Shown here piece after piece: positions 46,781 to 57,497 of a DNA stretch of 64,000 nucleotides. Below the pieces are notes generated by a model that was given only the letters and a program-made list of their open reading frames with translations, was not told where the DNA came from and ran no database searches. Origin of the DNA: Burkholderiales bacterium (GTDB lineage: Bacteria > Pseudomonadota > Gammaproteobacteria > Burkholderiales > SG8-39); contig CBDIHI010000007.1 in assembly GCA_965279075.1 (NCBI GenBank), forward strand, positions 219,870 through 283,869, given 5' to 3'. The translations under genes and the position numbers were made by a program. Every line of letters begins with the position of its first letter. The stretch's first letter is position 1.

Positions 46781-47806
46781 ATGGATAGCGTAGACATCGA
46801 AGTCCTCCGCAGCGCACAGGCGTGGATGGCCGGCGGCCACCGCGTCACGCTCGCCACGATCGTGAAGACCTGGGGCTCGGCCCCGCGGCCCGTGGGCGCG
46901 CTGCTCGTGATCCGCGACGACGGCCTCGTGTCGGGCTCCGTGTCCGGGGGGTGCGTCGAGGACGACCTGATCGAGAAGGTGAAGGCGGGCGGCCTCGCGA
47001 AGGACAAGCCCGCCATCACCACCTACGGCGTCACCAACGAGGAGGCCAACCGCTGGGGCCTGCCTTGCGGCGGCACCCTGCAGCTGGTGCTGGAGCCGCT
47101 GACGGCGGCGAGCGGCGTGGACGAACTGCTGGAGACCATCGGCAAGCAGCAGCTGGTGTCCCGCCGCCTGGAGATCGAATCCGGCCGCGTCACCATGACC
47201 CCGGGCAAGTGGTCCGACATGCTCGAGTTCGACGGCAAGGTGCTCGCCACCGTGCATGGGCCGCGCTGGAGGCTGGTGCTGATCGGCGCGGGGCAGATGA
47301 GCCGCTACCTCGCCGAGATGGCGCGCATGCTCGACTACCAGGTCACGGTGATCGACCCGCGCGAGGAGTACTACTCCGGCTGGGACATGCCCGGGCTGGA
47401 AGTGAACCGCGGCATGCCGGACGACGTCGTCGCCGCGATGAACATGGACGGCCACAGCGCCGTGGTGGCGCTGACGCACGATCCCAAGCTCGACGACCTC
47501 GCCCTGATGGAGGCGCTCAAATCCCCGGCGTTCTACGTCGGCGCGATCGGCTCGAAGAAGAACAACGACGCGCGTCGCAAGCGCCTCGAGGAATTCGAGC
47601 TCTCGAAGGATGAGATCGCGCGCCTGCACGGGCCGGTGGGTCTCTACCTCGGCTCCAAGACCCCGCCCGAGATCGCGCTGGCGATCATGGCCGAGATGAC
47701 GGCGGTGCGCTACGGCGTGCCCAGCGTAGGCTGGGAGGCTAAGGAGAAGTCGCGCTTCGCCCCCTCCGCCTGCGAAGTGGCGCCCGCAACGTCCTCGCCC
47801 ACTTGA
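46781..47806 (+). CDS. XdhC/CoxI-family molybdenum-cofactor insertion chaperone
   Basis: 341 aa. ATIVKTWGSAPRPVGALLVIRDDG...GSVSGGCVEDD and a Rossmann-like second half (LVLIGAGQMS). Confidence 0.85.
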   Translation: MDSVDIEVLRSAQAWMAGGHRVTLATIVKTWGSAPRPVGALLVIRDDGLVSGSVSGGCVEDDLIEKVKAGGLAKDKPAITTYGVTNEEANRWGLPCGGTLQLVLEPLTAASGVDELLETIGKQQLVSRRLEIESGRVTMTPGKWSDMLEFDGKVLATVHGPRWRLVLIGAGQMSRYLAEMARMLDYQVTVIDPREEYYSGWDMPGLEVNRGMPDDVVAAMNMDGHSAVVALTHDPKLDDLALMEALKSPAFYVGAIGSKKNNDARRKRLEEFELSKDEIARLHGPVGLYLGSKTPPEIALAIMAEMTAVRYGVPSVGWEAKEKSRFAPSACEVAPATSSPT

Positions 47807-48384
47807 GCGGCATCACCGGGATACTGCTCGCCGCGGGATCCGCGCGGCGCTTCGGCGCCGACAAGCTGCTCCACCCGCTGCTCACCGGAATCCCGATCGC
47901 GGTCACGGCGGCGCGCACCCTCAAGGCCGTGCTGCCACGCTGCGTGGCGGTCGTGCGCCCCGGCGCGGACGCGCTCGCCGGACTGCTGCGTGCGGAGGGA
48001 CTGGAAGTCGTCGTATGCCCCAACGCGGACGAAGGCATGGGCGCGAGCCTTGCCTGCGCGGCGCAGGCTGCGGGCGAGGCGGACGGGTACCTCGTGGCGC
48101 TGGCCGACATGCCGTACATCCGGGCCAGTTCGCTTGCCGCAGTGCGCGACGCGCTGGCCGGCGGCCCGGCGCTGGTCGCCCCGTACTTCCGCACGCGCCG
48201 GGGCCACCCGGTGGGCATCGCAGGGCGATTCCGTCCCGAGCTGATGGCCGCATCGGGTGACGAGGGCGCGCGAAAGCTGCTCGAACGCCACGCCGCGGAC
48301 CTCGTCAAGGTGCCCGTCGGCGACCCCGGCGTGATCCGCGACGTCGACACCCCCGCGGACCTCGCGCCGCCGATCGCAACCTGA
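47803..48384 (+). CDS. MobA-like NTP transferase (molybdenum cofactor cytidylyltransferase MocA-like)
   Basis: 193 aa, TTG start overlapping the xdhC stop. Contains ILLAAGSARRFGADKLL. Confidence 0.7.
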   Translation: MSGITGILLAAGSARRFGADKLLHPLLTGIPIAVTAARTLKAVLPRCVAVVRPGADALAGLLRAEGLEVVVCPNADEGMGASLACAAQAAGEADGYLVALADMPYIRASSLAAVRDALAGGPALVAPYFRTRRGHPVGIAGRFRPELMAASGDEGARKLLERHAADLVKVPVGDPGVIRDVDTPADLAPPIAT

Positions 48385-48419
48385 GGCCACCTGAGAGTCT
48401 CCGACCTGGAACCCCGAAC

Positions 48420-49346
48420 ATGAAACTCGACACCACGGCGCATGGCGTCTACGTCATCGCCCCGACGCCTTTCCACCCCGACGGCCGCATCGACGAGGCC
48501 TCGGTAGACCGCATGACCGACTTCTTCGTGCAGGCCGGCGCCACCGGGCTGACGGTGCTGGGCCAGCTCGGCGAGGCGGCCAAGATGGACCACGAAGAGT
48601 CGGTCGGTATCGTCAGGCGCGTCATCGGGCGCACGAGCCTGCCCGTCGTCGTCGGCGTGTCGGCGCCCGGCTTCGCCGCAATGCGGGCCCTGACGGCGGA
48701 CGTCATGGCCGCGGGCGCCGCGGGCGTGATGATCGCGCCGCCCAACACGCTGCGCACCGACGACGCCATCGTGCAGTACTACGCCCAGGCTTCCGAGGCG
48801 ATCGGGCACGACGTGCCTTTCGTGCTGCAGGATTACCCGCTCACGTTCTCCGTGCAGATGTCCCCCGCGGTGATACGGCGCATCGTGACCGACAACCCGG
48901 CGTGCAAGGTGCTCAAGCACGAGGACTGGCCCGGGCTCGAAAAGATCTCCACGCTGCGCGCCTGGGAACGGGACGGCTCGATGCGGCAGATCTCCATCCT
49001 GACGGGCAACAACGCGCTGTTCCTGGACTTCGAACTGGAGCGCGGGGCGGACGGCGCGAACACCGGCTACTGCTTTCCCGACATGCTCGCCGACGTGGTG
49101 CGCCTCTCGAAAGCCGGCCGGCGCGACGAGGCGCACGACCTGTTCGACGCGCACCTCCCCCTGATCCGCTACGAACAACAGCCCGGCCCCGGCCTCGCGG
49201 TGCGCAAGTACGTGATGATGCGCCGCGGGATCATCGCCTCGGACGCGCTGCGCCGGCCCGGCGGCGCGCTCACCCCGGCGGCCCGCGCCGAGGTCGACTA
49301 CCTGCTGGCGCGGCTCGCGCTCAGGGATCCGCGCGCGCGCCTGTAG
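48420..49346 (+). CDS. Dihydrodipicolinate synthase/N-acetylneuraminate lyase family protein
   Basis: 308 aa. LGQLGEA, FVLQDYP and KVLKHED (candidate Schiff-base Lys) in DHDPS-family order. Confidence 0.75.
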   Translation: MKLDTTAHGVYVIAPTPFHPDGRIDEASVDRMTDFFVQAGATGLTVLGQLGEAAKMDHEESVGIVRRVIGRTSLPVVVGVSAPGFAAMRALTADVMAAGAAGVMIAPPNTLRTDDAIVQYYAQASEAIGHDVPFVLQDYPLTFSVQMSPAVIRRIVTDNPACKVLKHEDWPGLEKISTLRAWERDGSMRQISILTGNNALFLDFELERGADGANTGYCFPDMLADVVRLSKAGRRDEAHDLFDAHLPLIRYEQQPGPGLAVRKYVMMRRGIIASDALRRPGGALTPAARAEVDYLLARLALRDPRARL

Positions 49347-49507
49347 GCCGTCCCGTCCCCCTGCCGGTCGCATGAATTCTGGACTTTTTATCTTGAAGTC
49401 CACGCCAGGACTGACCTTCCGGGCAGTTTAGATACCGGAACAATGATATTCCATGGGGTGGCGCTCCCCGGCTGGTAAAATCCTGCATCCCCCTACAGAA
49501 GCCCGCC

Positions 49508-50749
49508 ATGTTCCACGCCAACCTCCTCGCCCAGTCCGACCCCGAACTCTGGAACGCCATCCGCCTGGAAAACCGCCGCCAGGAGGACCACGTCGAGCTG
49601 ATCGCCTCCGAGAACTACGTCAGCCGGGAGGTCATGCTCGCGCAGGGCAGCCAGCTGACCAACAAGTACGCGGAAGGCTACCCGGGCAAGCGTTACTACG
49701 GCGGCTGCGAGTTCGTCGACATCGCCGAGACCCTCGCGATCGAGCGCGCGAAGAAGCTGTTCGGCGCCGACTGGGCCAACGTGCAGCCGCACTCGGGCTC
49801 GCAGGCCAACCAGGCGGTGTACGTCGCCAACCTCAAGCCCGGCGACACGGTGCTGGGCATGTCGCTCGCGCACGGCGGGCACCTGACGCACGGCTCGCCG
49901 GTGAACCTCTCGGGCAAGCTCTACAACTTCGTGTCGTACGGGCTGAACGACAAGGAAGAGATCGATTACGACGCAGCCGAGAAACTCGCCGTCGAGCACA
50001 AGCCGAAGATGATCGTGACCGGCGCCTCGGCGTACTCGCTGCGCATCGACTGGAAGCGCTTTCGCGCGATCGCCGACAAGGTCGGCGCGCTGCTGATGGC
50101 CGACATGGCGCATTACGCCGGCATGGTCGCGGTGGGCCTGTACCCCTCGCCGATCGGCATCGCGCATTACGTGACCACCACCACGCACAAGACGCTGCGC
50201 GGCCCGCGCGGCGGCCTGATCCTGGGCATGGGCGACATCGCCAAGGGCCCGAACTCGGCGATATTCCCCGGCCTGCAGGGCGGCCCGCTGATGCACGTGA
50301 TCGCCGCAAAGGCGGTGGCCTTCGGCGAAGCCATGCGCCCGGACTTCAAGGCCTACCAGCAGCAGGTGCTGGACAACGCCTCCGCCATGGCGACGGCGCT
50401 GACGGCGCGCGGCGTGCGCGTGGTCTCCGGCCGCACCGAGTCGCACATGATGCTGCTCGACCTGCGCGCGAAGAAGATCACCGGCAAGGACGCCGAAGCC
50501 GCGCTCGGCAGCGCGCACATCACCGTCAACAAGAACGCGATCCCGAACGACCCCGAGAAGCCCATGGTCACCAGCGGCATCCGCGTCGGCACGCCCGCCA
50601 TGACCACGCGCGGCTTCGGCACCAACGAAGCGAAGATCCTCGCCGGACTGATCGCAGACGTGTTCGAGGCGCCGTCGGATGAGGCGAACCTCAAGCGCGT
50701 GCGCGGCGCCGTCGGCGAGCTCTGCGCCGCGTTCCCCGTCTACGGCTAG
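49508..50749 (+). CDS. glyA: Serine hydroxymethyltransferase
   Basis: 413 aa. [27 protein letters not shown] and [14 protein letters not shown] (PLP Lys). Confidence 0.95.
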   Translation: MFHANLLAQSDPELWNAIRLENRRQEDHVELIASENYVSREVMLAQGSQLTNKYAEGYPGKRYYGGCEFVDIAETLAIERAKKLFGADWANVQPHSGSQANQAVYVANLKPGDTVLGMSLAHGGHLTHGSPVNLSGKLYNFVSYGLNDKEEIDYDAAEKLAVEHKPKMIVTGASAYSLRIDWKRFRAIADKVGALLMADMAHYAGMVAVGLYPSPIGIAHYVTTTTHKTLRGPRGGLILGMGDIAKGPNSAIFPGLQGGPLMHVIAAKAVAFGEAMRPDFKAYQQQVLDNASAMATALTARGVRVVSGRTESHMMLLDLRAKKITGKDAEAALGSAHITVNKNAIPNDPEKPMVTSGIRVGTPAMTTRGFGTNEAKILAGLIADVFEAPSDEANLKRVRGAVGELCAAFPVYG

Positions 50750-50758
50750 CCCACCGCG

Positions 50759-51220
50759 ATGCGCTGTCCCTTCTGCGCCTCCGAGGACACCCAGGTCCTC
50801 GACACGCGCACCAACCCGGATACGAACTCGATCCGGAGGCGGAGGAAATGCGCGGCCTGCGACAAGCGCTTCACGACCTACGAGAAGGTCGAGCTGCGCA
50901 TGCCGCGGCTGGTGAAGAAGGACGGCACGCGCACCGACTTCGAGCGCGACAAGCTGATGGGCAGCATGATGCTCGCGCTGAGGAAGCGCCAGGTCGCCAC
51001 CGACAAGGTCGACCAGGCCATCGACCGCATCGAGGAAAAGCTGCGCGCCTCGGGCGAGCGGGAGCTCCCCACGGCCAAGGTCGGCGAGCTCGTCATGCGC
51101 GAACTCGCCAAGCTCGACAAGGTGGCCTACATCCGCTTCGCTTCGGTGTACCGCAGTTTCGATACGCCCGATGATTTCCGCGAAGCGGTCCTTGAAGTGA
51201 AGAAGCCGAGAAGGAAGTGA
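50759..51220 (+). CDS. nrdR: Transcriptional repressor NrdR
   Basis: [17 protein letters not shown]...[17 protein letters not shown] zinc ribbon plus ATP-cone. Confidence 0.95.
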   Translation: MRCPFCASEDTQVLDTRTNPDTNSIRRRRKCAACDKRFTTYEKVELRMPRLVKKDGTRTDFERDKLMGSMMLALRKRQVATDKVDQAIDRIEEKLRASGERELPTAKVGELVMRELAKLDKVAYIRFASVYRSFDTPDDFREAVLEVKKPRRK

Positions 51221-52314
51221 CCGTTTTCAGTCCTGCCGACCAGGCCTACATGGCCAAGGCGCTGGCGCTGGCCCGGCTGGGCATGCAGACGACCACGCCC
51301 AATCCGCGCGTCGGGTGCGTGATCGTCAGGGACGGCGTCGTCGTGGGCGAAGGCTGGCACTACAAGGCCGGCGAGCCGCACGCCGAGGCGAACGCGCTCG
51401 CGATGGCCGGTGACAAGGCCAGTGGCGCCACCGTCTACGTCTCGCTCGAGCCCTGCAACCACCATGGCCGCACGCCACCCTGCGCCGAGGCGCTGATCCT
51501 CGCGGACGTGTCGCGCGTGGTCGCGGCAATGCGCGACCCGAACCCCGCGGGCGCGGGCGGCGGCAAGGCGCTGGAAGCCGCCGGCGTGCGCTTCGAGTGC
51601 GGGCTGATGGAAGACGAGGCGAGGGAACTCAACATCGGCTTCGTTTCGCGCGTGACGCGCGGCCGGCCCTGGGTGCGCCTCAAGGTCGCCGCGAGCCTCG
51701 ACGGGCGCACGGCGCTGGCGAACGGCCAGTCGCAGTGGATCACGGGCGCGGAAGCGCGCAAGGACGGGCACGGCTGGCGCTCGCGCGCCTGCGCGGTCCT
51801 GACCGGCATAGGCACGGTGACCTCGGATGACCCGCAACTGACCGTGCGCGAGATCCCCACCGACCGCCAGCCGCTGCGCGTGATCGTCGATAGCCGGCTC
51901 GAGACGCCGCTGACCGCACGGATCCTGCAGGGCGGCCCCGTGCTGGTCTTCTGCGCGGTGGACGACGCGGAACGGCGCGCGGCACTGGAAGCGCGCGGCG
52001 CCGAGGTCGCGGTGATCGCCAACCCGGCCGGCAAGGTCGACCTGCCGGCGATGCTCAAGGCCCTCGCGGCCCGCGGCGTGAATGAACTGCACGTGGAGGC
52101 GGGCGTGAAGCTGAACGGGTCGCTCGTGCGCGAGGGCTGCGTGGACGAGGTCCTCATGTATTTCGCGCCATCGCTGCTGGGCGATTCGGCGCAGGGCATG
52201 TTCAGCCTCGCTGCGATGACCTCGCTCGACGAGAAGGTTTCGCTGGCGTATCACTCGGTCGACCGCGTGGGCGAAGACCTGCGCGTCGTCGCGCGGCTGA
52301 AGGCGCCGCGCTGA
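51217..52314 (+). CDS. ribD: Bifunctional riboflavin biosynthesis deaminase/reductase RibD
   Basis: 365 aa, GTG start overlapping the nrdR stop. Contains [17 protein letters not shown] and [11 protein letters not shown]. Confidence 0.9.
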   Translation: MTVFSPADQAYMAKALALARLGMQTTTPNPRVGCVIVRDGVVVGEGWHYKAGEPHAEANALAMAGDKASGATVYVSLEPCNHHGRTPPCAEALILADVSRVVAAMRDPNPAGAGGGKALEAAGVRFECGLMEDEARELNIGFVSRVTRGRPWVRLKVAASLDGRTALANGQSQWITGAEARKDGHGWRSRACAVLTGIGTVTSDDPQLTVREIPTDRQPLRVIVDSRLETPLTARILQGGPVLVFCAVDDAERRAALEARGAEVAVIANPAGKVDLPAMLKALAARGVNELHVEAGVKLNGSLVREGCVDEVLMYFAPSLLGDSAQGMFSLAAMTSLDEKVSLAYHSVDRVGEDLRVVARLKAPR

Positions 52315-52925
52315 TGTTCTCAGGGATCATCCAGGCCGTCGGTGCCATCGAAAAAATCGAGCCGCTGGAAAAGGGCGTGCGGCTGACGATCGAGGCGGGT
52401 TCGCTCGGTCTGTCTGATGCGAAGGTCGGCGATTCGATCGCCGTGAACGGCGCGTGCATGACCGCCACGTCGATCTCCGGCAGCCGCTTCACCGTGGACG
52501 TCTCGCGCGAGTCTTTGGACGTGACGGCCGGGTTGGGCGCGCCCGGCAAGGTGAACCTCGAGAAGGCCATGGCATTGGGCGACCGCATCGACGGCCACCT
52601 CGTCACGGGCCACGTCGATGGCGTGGGCGAGGTCGTTTCGTTCGAGCAGCTGGGCGAGTCGTGGCGGCTCGCGGTGCGCGCGCCGAAGGACCTGGGGCGC
52701 TTCATCGCGAAGAAGGGCTCGGTCACCGTGGACGGCGTCAGCCTCACGGTGAACCGCGTCGAGGACGATACCGCCGGGTCGACGTTCGAGGTCAACCTGA
52801 TCCCGCACACGCTGGAGGTCACGACGCTGTCGCGGCTTAAGGCGGGGGCGAATGTGAACCTGGAGATCGACCTGATGGCGCGGTATGTGCAGCGGTTGCT
52901 GGAGGCGGGCGGGTCGCAGTCCTAG
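52314..52925 (+). CDS. ribE: Riboflavin synthase alpha chain
   Basis: [11 protein letters not shown]-terminus, with a duplicated lumazine-binding repeat (GDSIAVNGACMT / GSVTVDGVSLTV). Confidence 0.9.
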   Translation: MFSGIIQAVGAIEKIEPLEKGVRLTIEAGSLGLSDAKVGDSIAVNGACMTATSISGSRFTVDVSRESLDVTAGLGAPGKVNLEKAMALGDRIDGHLVTGHVDGVGEVVSFEQLGESWRLAVRAPKDLGRFIAKKGSVTVDGVSLTVNRVEDDTAGSTFEVNLIPHTLEVTTLSRLKAGANVNLEIDLMARYVQRLLEAGGSQS

Positions 52926-52944
52926 CGGGCCGCGACGTTCTCCC

Positions 52945-53787
52945 TCAACCCCGACTCGCGAAAGCCACGATCCCCGCCGCGATCAGCGTCACGCCCACGG
53001 CCCTTGCGCCGGACCACCGCTCCTTCAGCACGAACACGCCGATCAGGCACGCGAACAGCACGCTCGTCTCGCGCAACGCCGAGACCCCCGCGATGGGGCC
53101 ATGGCTCAGGGCCCACAGCAGTACGCTGAACGCGGCGGTGCCAAGCAGCCCCGAGATCAGGGTCCGGCGCCATTCGCGCGCGATCGTCGTCCATAGGGCG
53201 CGGCCACGCGCCACGTTGGTGATGCCGACGAACGCCACGCCGTCGAGGATCATCAGCCAGACCACGAACGACAGCCAGTCGCCGGAGAGGCGCGAACCGT
53301 AGGCGTCCACGACCGTGTACGCCGCCACCATGAGTCCGGTCGCCGCCGCCGCGACCATCAGCGCGACGGTCGGCTTGCGGCCCTGCCCGTCGAGGCTCAT
53401 CGCGAGGATCCCGCCCGAGACGAGCAGCACGCCGGCCGCCTGCCTTGCATCGGGCAGTTCCCCCAGCGCGAGGAACGCGATGAGTGTCGCGAACAGCGGC
53501 GTCAGCCCGCGCGCGATCGGGTAGGCCTGGACGAGGTCGCCATGCCGGTAGACCTGGGCCAGGCCGATCTTGTAGGCGTTGTGGAGGACCACGGAAAAGG
53601 CGAGCACCGGCCAGACGGCCTTCTGCGGGGTGTCGACCCAAGGCAGCGCCGCCAGCGAGAGGCATCCACTGACCACGTTCATGCCGGCAAGGCTGATCAG
53701 GCGGTCGCCGCTTGACTTGACCATGGCGTGCCAGGAGGCGTGCAGCAGCGCGGCGCCCAGCAGCATTGCGCAGATCGTGAGGTCCAT
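52945..53787 (-). CDS. EamA/DMT-family transporter
   Basis: 280 aa from MDLTICAMLLGAALLHASWHA. About 10 hydrophobic segments. Start moved to ATG 53787. Confidence 0.75.
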   Translation of the reverse strand: MDLTICAMLLGAALLHASWHAMVKSSGDRLISLAGMNVVSGCLSLAALPWVDTPQKAVWPVLAFSVVLHNAYKIGLAQVYRHGDLVQAYPIARGLTPLFATLIAFLALGELPDARQAAGVLLVSGGILAMSLDGQGRKPTVALMVAAAATGLMVAAYTVVDAYGSRLSGDWLSFVVWLMILDGVAFVGITNVARGRALWTTIAREWRRTLISGLLGTAAFSVLLWALSHGPIAGVSALRETSVLFACLIGVFVLKERWSGARAVGVTLIAAGIVAFASRG

Positions 53788-53968
53788 GGTGCCCGTGGCT
53801 GTGGCGAAGGCGGGAGTTTGACGGCATTTGGCCGCGCTGCGCGCAAGGATGCGAAACGTTGCGCCCCCCGGGGCGCAAACCCTGTACTCTCCCCCGACAA
53901 GACCCAAGGGCAGGGCGCTGCCGGTTAGTAGCGCTCCCGACCCGGGCCGGCTACCCCAGGAGACCGCA

Positions 53969-54934
53969 ATGCCCCGATTTTCCCGACCGCTGCTCGCGGC
54001 CGTCCTCGCGCTGTCCGCCACCTTTTCCACCGCCCAGGACTACCCCCGCAAACCCGTGACGATGATCGTTTCGGCCGCGCCTGGAGGCGGCCTCGACTTG
54101 ATGTCGCGCACCGCGGCTAAGGCACTGTCGGAGGAATGGAAGCAGGCGGTGGTGGTCGACAACAAGGGCGGGGCGGGCGGCATCATCGGCACGGACCTCG
54201 GCGCGAAGGCCGCGCCCGACGGCTACACGCTGCTGACGGTGTCGATCAGCCATTCTACGAACCCGGTGCTGATCAAGAAGCTGCCCTACGACACGTTGAA
54301 GGATTTCACGCCGGTCTCGCTCTTCGCCAAGCTTCCCGTCGTGCTGACGGTGGCCAAGGGAATGCCGGCCAACAGCGTCGGCGAGCTTGTGGCCTACGCG
54401 CGCGCGAACCCGGGCAAGCTGAACTGCGCCTCGTCCGGCACCGGGACCTCGCAGCATCTCGCCTGCGAGATGTTCAAGAACATGGCGAAGGTGAACATCC
54501 AGCACGTGCCCTACAAGGCGATCGCCGCGGCGCAGGCCGACGTGATCGGCGGACGCATCGAAGTCATGTTCGACCAGTTCTCCACGGCGGTGCAGAACTC
54601 GAAGGTGGGCAGCGTGAAGGCGCTGGCGATCACGACGGCGGCGCGTTCCGCCGCCGCGCCGGACCTGCCGACGATGGCCGAATCGGGATTGCCCGGCTAC
54701 GAGGCGGTGACCTGGTTTGCGATGTTCGGCCCCGCGGGCCTGCCGAAGGACCTGGCCGCGAAGATCGCCGCCGACCTCGCACGCGGCATGGCGAAGCCCG
54801 AGAACCGCGACCGGCTGGTGGCGCAGAACTTCGACCTCGTCTACGGCAAGCCCGAGGAGCTCGACGCCTTCCTCAAGGGCGAGATGGCGAAGTGGGGAAA
54901 GATCATCCGGGAAGCCGGCATCCAGGCCGACTGA
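53969..54934 (+). CDS. Bug-family (TctC-like) substrate-binding protein
   Basis: MPRFSRPLLAAVLALSATFSTAQDYPRKPVTMIVSAAPGGGLD. Confidence 0.9.
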   Translation: MPRFSRPLLAAVLALSATFSTAQDYPRKPVTMIVSAAPGGGLDLMSRTAAKALSEEWKQAVVVDNKGGAGGIIGTDLGAKAAPDGYTLLTVSISHSTNPVLIKKLPYDTLKDFTPVSLFAKLPVVLTVAKGMPANSVGELVAYARANPGKLNCASSGTGTSQHLACEMFKNMAKVNIQHVPYKAIAAAQADVIGGRIEVMFDQFSTAVQNSKVGSVKALAITTAARSAAAPDLPTMAESGLPGYEAVTWFAMFGPAGLPKDLAAKIAADLARGMAKPENRDRLVAQNFDLVYGKPEELDAFLKGEMAKWGKIIREAGIQAD

Positions 54935-54959
54935 CCACTTACTTTCAGCGGAGGACATC

Positions 54960-55910
54960 ATGTCGAACATTTCCATCCAGCGCGTGGGCTACTCGTGCGG
55001 CGCGCGGGTCACCGGCGTAGACCTCTCGAAGCCCCTGTCGGACGCGGACTTCAAGACGATCCACAAGGCGTGGATCGACCACCTGGTGCTGGTGTTCCCG
55101 GGCCAGAAGCTCGACCCTCATTCGATGATGCGGTTCACGCGCCTCTTCGGCGAGCTCGACGACTACGCGACGCAGCCCTTCAACCGCCATCCCGAGATCA
55201 ACGAGGTGATGGTGCTGACCAACAAGCGCACCAACGGCCAGCCCTCGAAGACCTACAACGCCGGCCAGAACTGGCATACGGACCTCTCCTACACCCTGCG
55301 CCCCGCGAAAGCCACGGCGGTGTACTGCATGGAGAAGCCCTCGGTGGGCGGCGACACGATGTTCGCCAACATGTACGACGCCTACGAAACGCTGACGCCG
55401 AAGATGCAGGCCTTCCTCGAGGGGCTGGAGGGCGTGCATGACGCGAGCCTGATCGAGGGGCTCGACAAGCGCGGGCCCGAGGTGGCGAACGAGTTCCGGC
55501 GCCTGAACCCGCAGGTGGTGCACCCGGCCGTGCGGCTGCACCCGGAGTCGGGGAAGAAGGCGCTGTACGTCAACGAGCGCGTGCGCACTTTCCTCGGCCT
55601 GTCGGAAGCCGAGAGCAAGCCGATCGTGAAGTTCCTCTGCGACCATTCGGTGGCGCCGCGCTTCACCTACCGCCACTACTGGAGCATCGACGACTTCGTC
55701 ATGTGGGACAACCGCTGCATGGTGCACCTCGCCGTGGGCGACTACGACCCCGGCGAGATCCGCCACATGATCCGCACCTCCTGCATGGGCGACTACGTGG
55801 GCCGCTACCTCGACCCCGCGGCCGCGGCCGCGCAGATGAAGGCGCCGCCCGCCGCCGTCGCGTCGAAGCCCGCCGCCGACGCAAAAGCCGTTGCCGCCCT
55901 CCACGACTAG
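54960..55910 (+). CDS. TauD/TfdA-family Fe(II)/2-oxoglutarate-dependent dioxygenase
   Basis: 316 aa. GGAGGA RBS, WHTDLSY (H-x-D) and later DNRCMVH. Confidence 0.85.
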   Translation: MSNISIQRVGYSCGARVTGVDLSKPLSDADFKTIHKAWIDHLVLVFPGQKLDPHSMMRFTRLFGELDDYATQPFNRHPEINEVMVLTNKRTNGQPSKTYNAGQNWHTDLSYTLRPAKATAVYCMEKPSVGGDTMFANMYDAYETLTPKMQAFLEGLEGVHDASLIEGLDKRGPEVANEFRRLNPQVVHPAVRLHPESGKKALYVNERVRTFLGLSEAESKPIVKFLCDHSVAPRFTYRHYWSIDDFVMWDNRCMVHLAVGDYDPGEIRHMIRTSCMGDYVGRYLDPAAAAAQMKAPPAAVASKPAADAKAVAALHD

Positions 55911-55920
55911 GACACCTTCC

Positions 55921-56874
55921 ATGCGCCCGATCGCGATTGCCTGCCTGCTCGCCGCTTCCGTCACCGCCGCTTACGCACAGGGCTACCCGACCAAGCCGAT
56001 CCGCGTCGTGATCGGCTACGCGCCGGGAGGTTCGGCCGACGCCGGCATCCGGCCGCTGGCCAAGGTCCTCGAACCGCTGCTCGGCCAGCCGCTCATCATC
56101 GAGAACAAGCCCGGCAACGCGGGCGGCGTGGCCATGGAGTTCATCGCCAAGGCGCCCGCCGACGGCTACACGCTGTACTACTTCGACAGCGGGCCGCTCA
56201 CCGTCGCGCCGCACCTGGCCAAGGTCGGCTACACGCAGGCCTCGTTCACGCAGCTCGGCCACGTGTGCGGCAGCGGCAGCATGCTGGTCGTGCATCCGTC
56301 GACGCCCTTCAAGACCGTGGCCGAGGTGATCACGGCGTCCAAGCGCGATCCTTCCAAGTGGAGTTACGGCACCTCGGGCGTCGGTGGCCCGCATCATCTT
56401 TCGGGCGAGTACTTCAAGAACGTGACCGGCGCGCAGCTGCTGCACGTGCCCTACAAGGGCGGCGGCCCGGCGATGACCGACCTGATGGGCGGGCAGGTGC
56501 CGATGCTGTTCTCCTCGCTCGGCCCCGTCGTGGGCGCGGCGAAGAGCGGCAAGGTGCGCCCGATCGCGGTGACGTCGCTCAAGCGCTCCGGCGCCTTCCC
56601 CGACGTGCCGACGATGGACGAGGTGGGGATCAAGGGTTTCGAGTCGACCGCGTGGTATGGCCTGCTCGGGCCCGCCGGGTTGCCCGCGGACGTTTCGGCG
56701 CGGTTGAGTCAGGCGCTGCTGAAGGCCGGCGAGGACAAGGTGCTGCAGGAGCAGCTCAACGCCACCGGCTGCGACGCGGAATTCCTCACGTCCGCGCAGA
56801 CCGTCGAAAAGATCCGCGCCGACAGCGCCAAGTGGGGCAAGGTCGTCAAGGAAGCGAACATCAAGGTGGACTGA
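55921..56874 (+). CDS. Bug-family (TctC-like) substrate-binding protein
   Basis: MRPIAIACLLAASVTAAYAQGYPTKPIRVVIGYAPGGSAD. Confidence 0.9.
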   Translation: MRPIAIACLLAASVTAAYAQGYPTKPIRVVIGYAPGGSADAGIRPLAKVLEPLLGQPLIIENKPGNAGGVAMEFIAKAPADGYTLYYFDSGPLTVAPHLAKVGYTQASFTQLGHVCGSGSMLVVHPSTPFKTVAEVITASKRDPSKWSYGTSGVGGPHHLSGEYFKNVTGAQLLHVPYKGGGPAMTDLMGGQVPMLFSSLGPVVGAAKSGKVRPIAVTSLKRSGAFPDVPTMDEVGIKGFESTAWYGLLGPAGLPADVSARLSQALLKAGEDKVLQEQLNATGCDAEFLTSAQTVEKIRADSAKWGKVVKEANIKVD

Positions 56875-57469
56875 TCCCGGTGCCTGCGGGGGCGTCGGGC
56901 CGCAGTTCGACTTCGATGCCCGACAGGCGCAGGTAGGTGGCGCCCAGCCGGGTGATCGGCCACCAGTCGTAGAGCAGCATCTCCATCGGGCGCCAGATCG
57001 CCACCCAGCCGAGGATCAGCAGTCCCTCGGACAGGACCTCGCCGAAAAGCGTGCCCGAATTGCGGAAGAAGAGCTGCCGCAGCAGGACGCACGCGAAAAG
57101 GAAGGACAGGCCGAGCGCGAGCGACAGGCGCCCCTCGCGCATGTGCAGCCTGCGCTTCCTCAGCGTTGCGGCGTACCGGTACTCGAAGAAGTGGTGGATC
57201 GACGCCTGCGTCTTCCTCGCCTGCGCCGCGGGGAGCGCCTCGCCGGGCAGGTAGATCACCAGCTTCAGCTGCGCCTCCGCCGGATGGTCCAGCAGGGAGT
57301 CGACGATGTAGTCCTCCGCCTCCTTGTCGAGGTCCTGCTCGTGGAAGGGCGAGGCGTCGAGTGAATTGAAGAGCTGCTCGATCCTCGTCAACCGGATCTC
57401 GATGAGCGTGAAGTGCCCTTCGCGCCTGTAGTGGAATGAGGGGCCGGACCGGAGGGCGTTGTCGTCCAT
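56861..57469 (-). CDS. Hypothetical protein: ~110-aa soluble N-domain plus two C-terminal TM helices
   Basis: 202-aa ORF, 28 nt downstream of the RIO kinase gene on the same strand. TM candidates are LSLALGLSFLFACVLLRQLFF and GLLILGWVAIWRPMEMLLY. No family recognised. Confidence 0.55.
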   Translation of the reverse strand: MDDNALRSGPSFHYRREGHFTLIEIRLTRIEQLFNSLDASPFHEQDLDKEAEDYIVDSLLDHPAEAQLKLVIYLPGEALPAAQARKTQASIHHFFEYRYAATLRKRRLHMREGRLSLALGLSFLFACVLLRQLFFRNSGTLFGEVLSEGLLILGWVAIWRPMEMLLYDWWPITRLGATYLRLSGIEVELRPDAPAGTGISPP

Positions 57470-57497
57470 CTTCGCGCATGCTACCCCACAGTGCGGC

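Noticed and set aside
49347-49507. Riboswitch (e.g. ZTP/pfl) or other leader upstream of glyA
   Set aside because: The 160-nt leader has a weak hairpin (GGACTT-N9-AAGTCC, 49381-49401). I could not find the conserved ZTP elements (no CCGCCTGGGC-like 3' element), nor any glycine, THF or SAM consensus. The only CTGGCG-like match is on the wrong strand.
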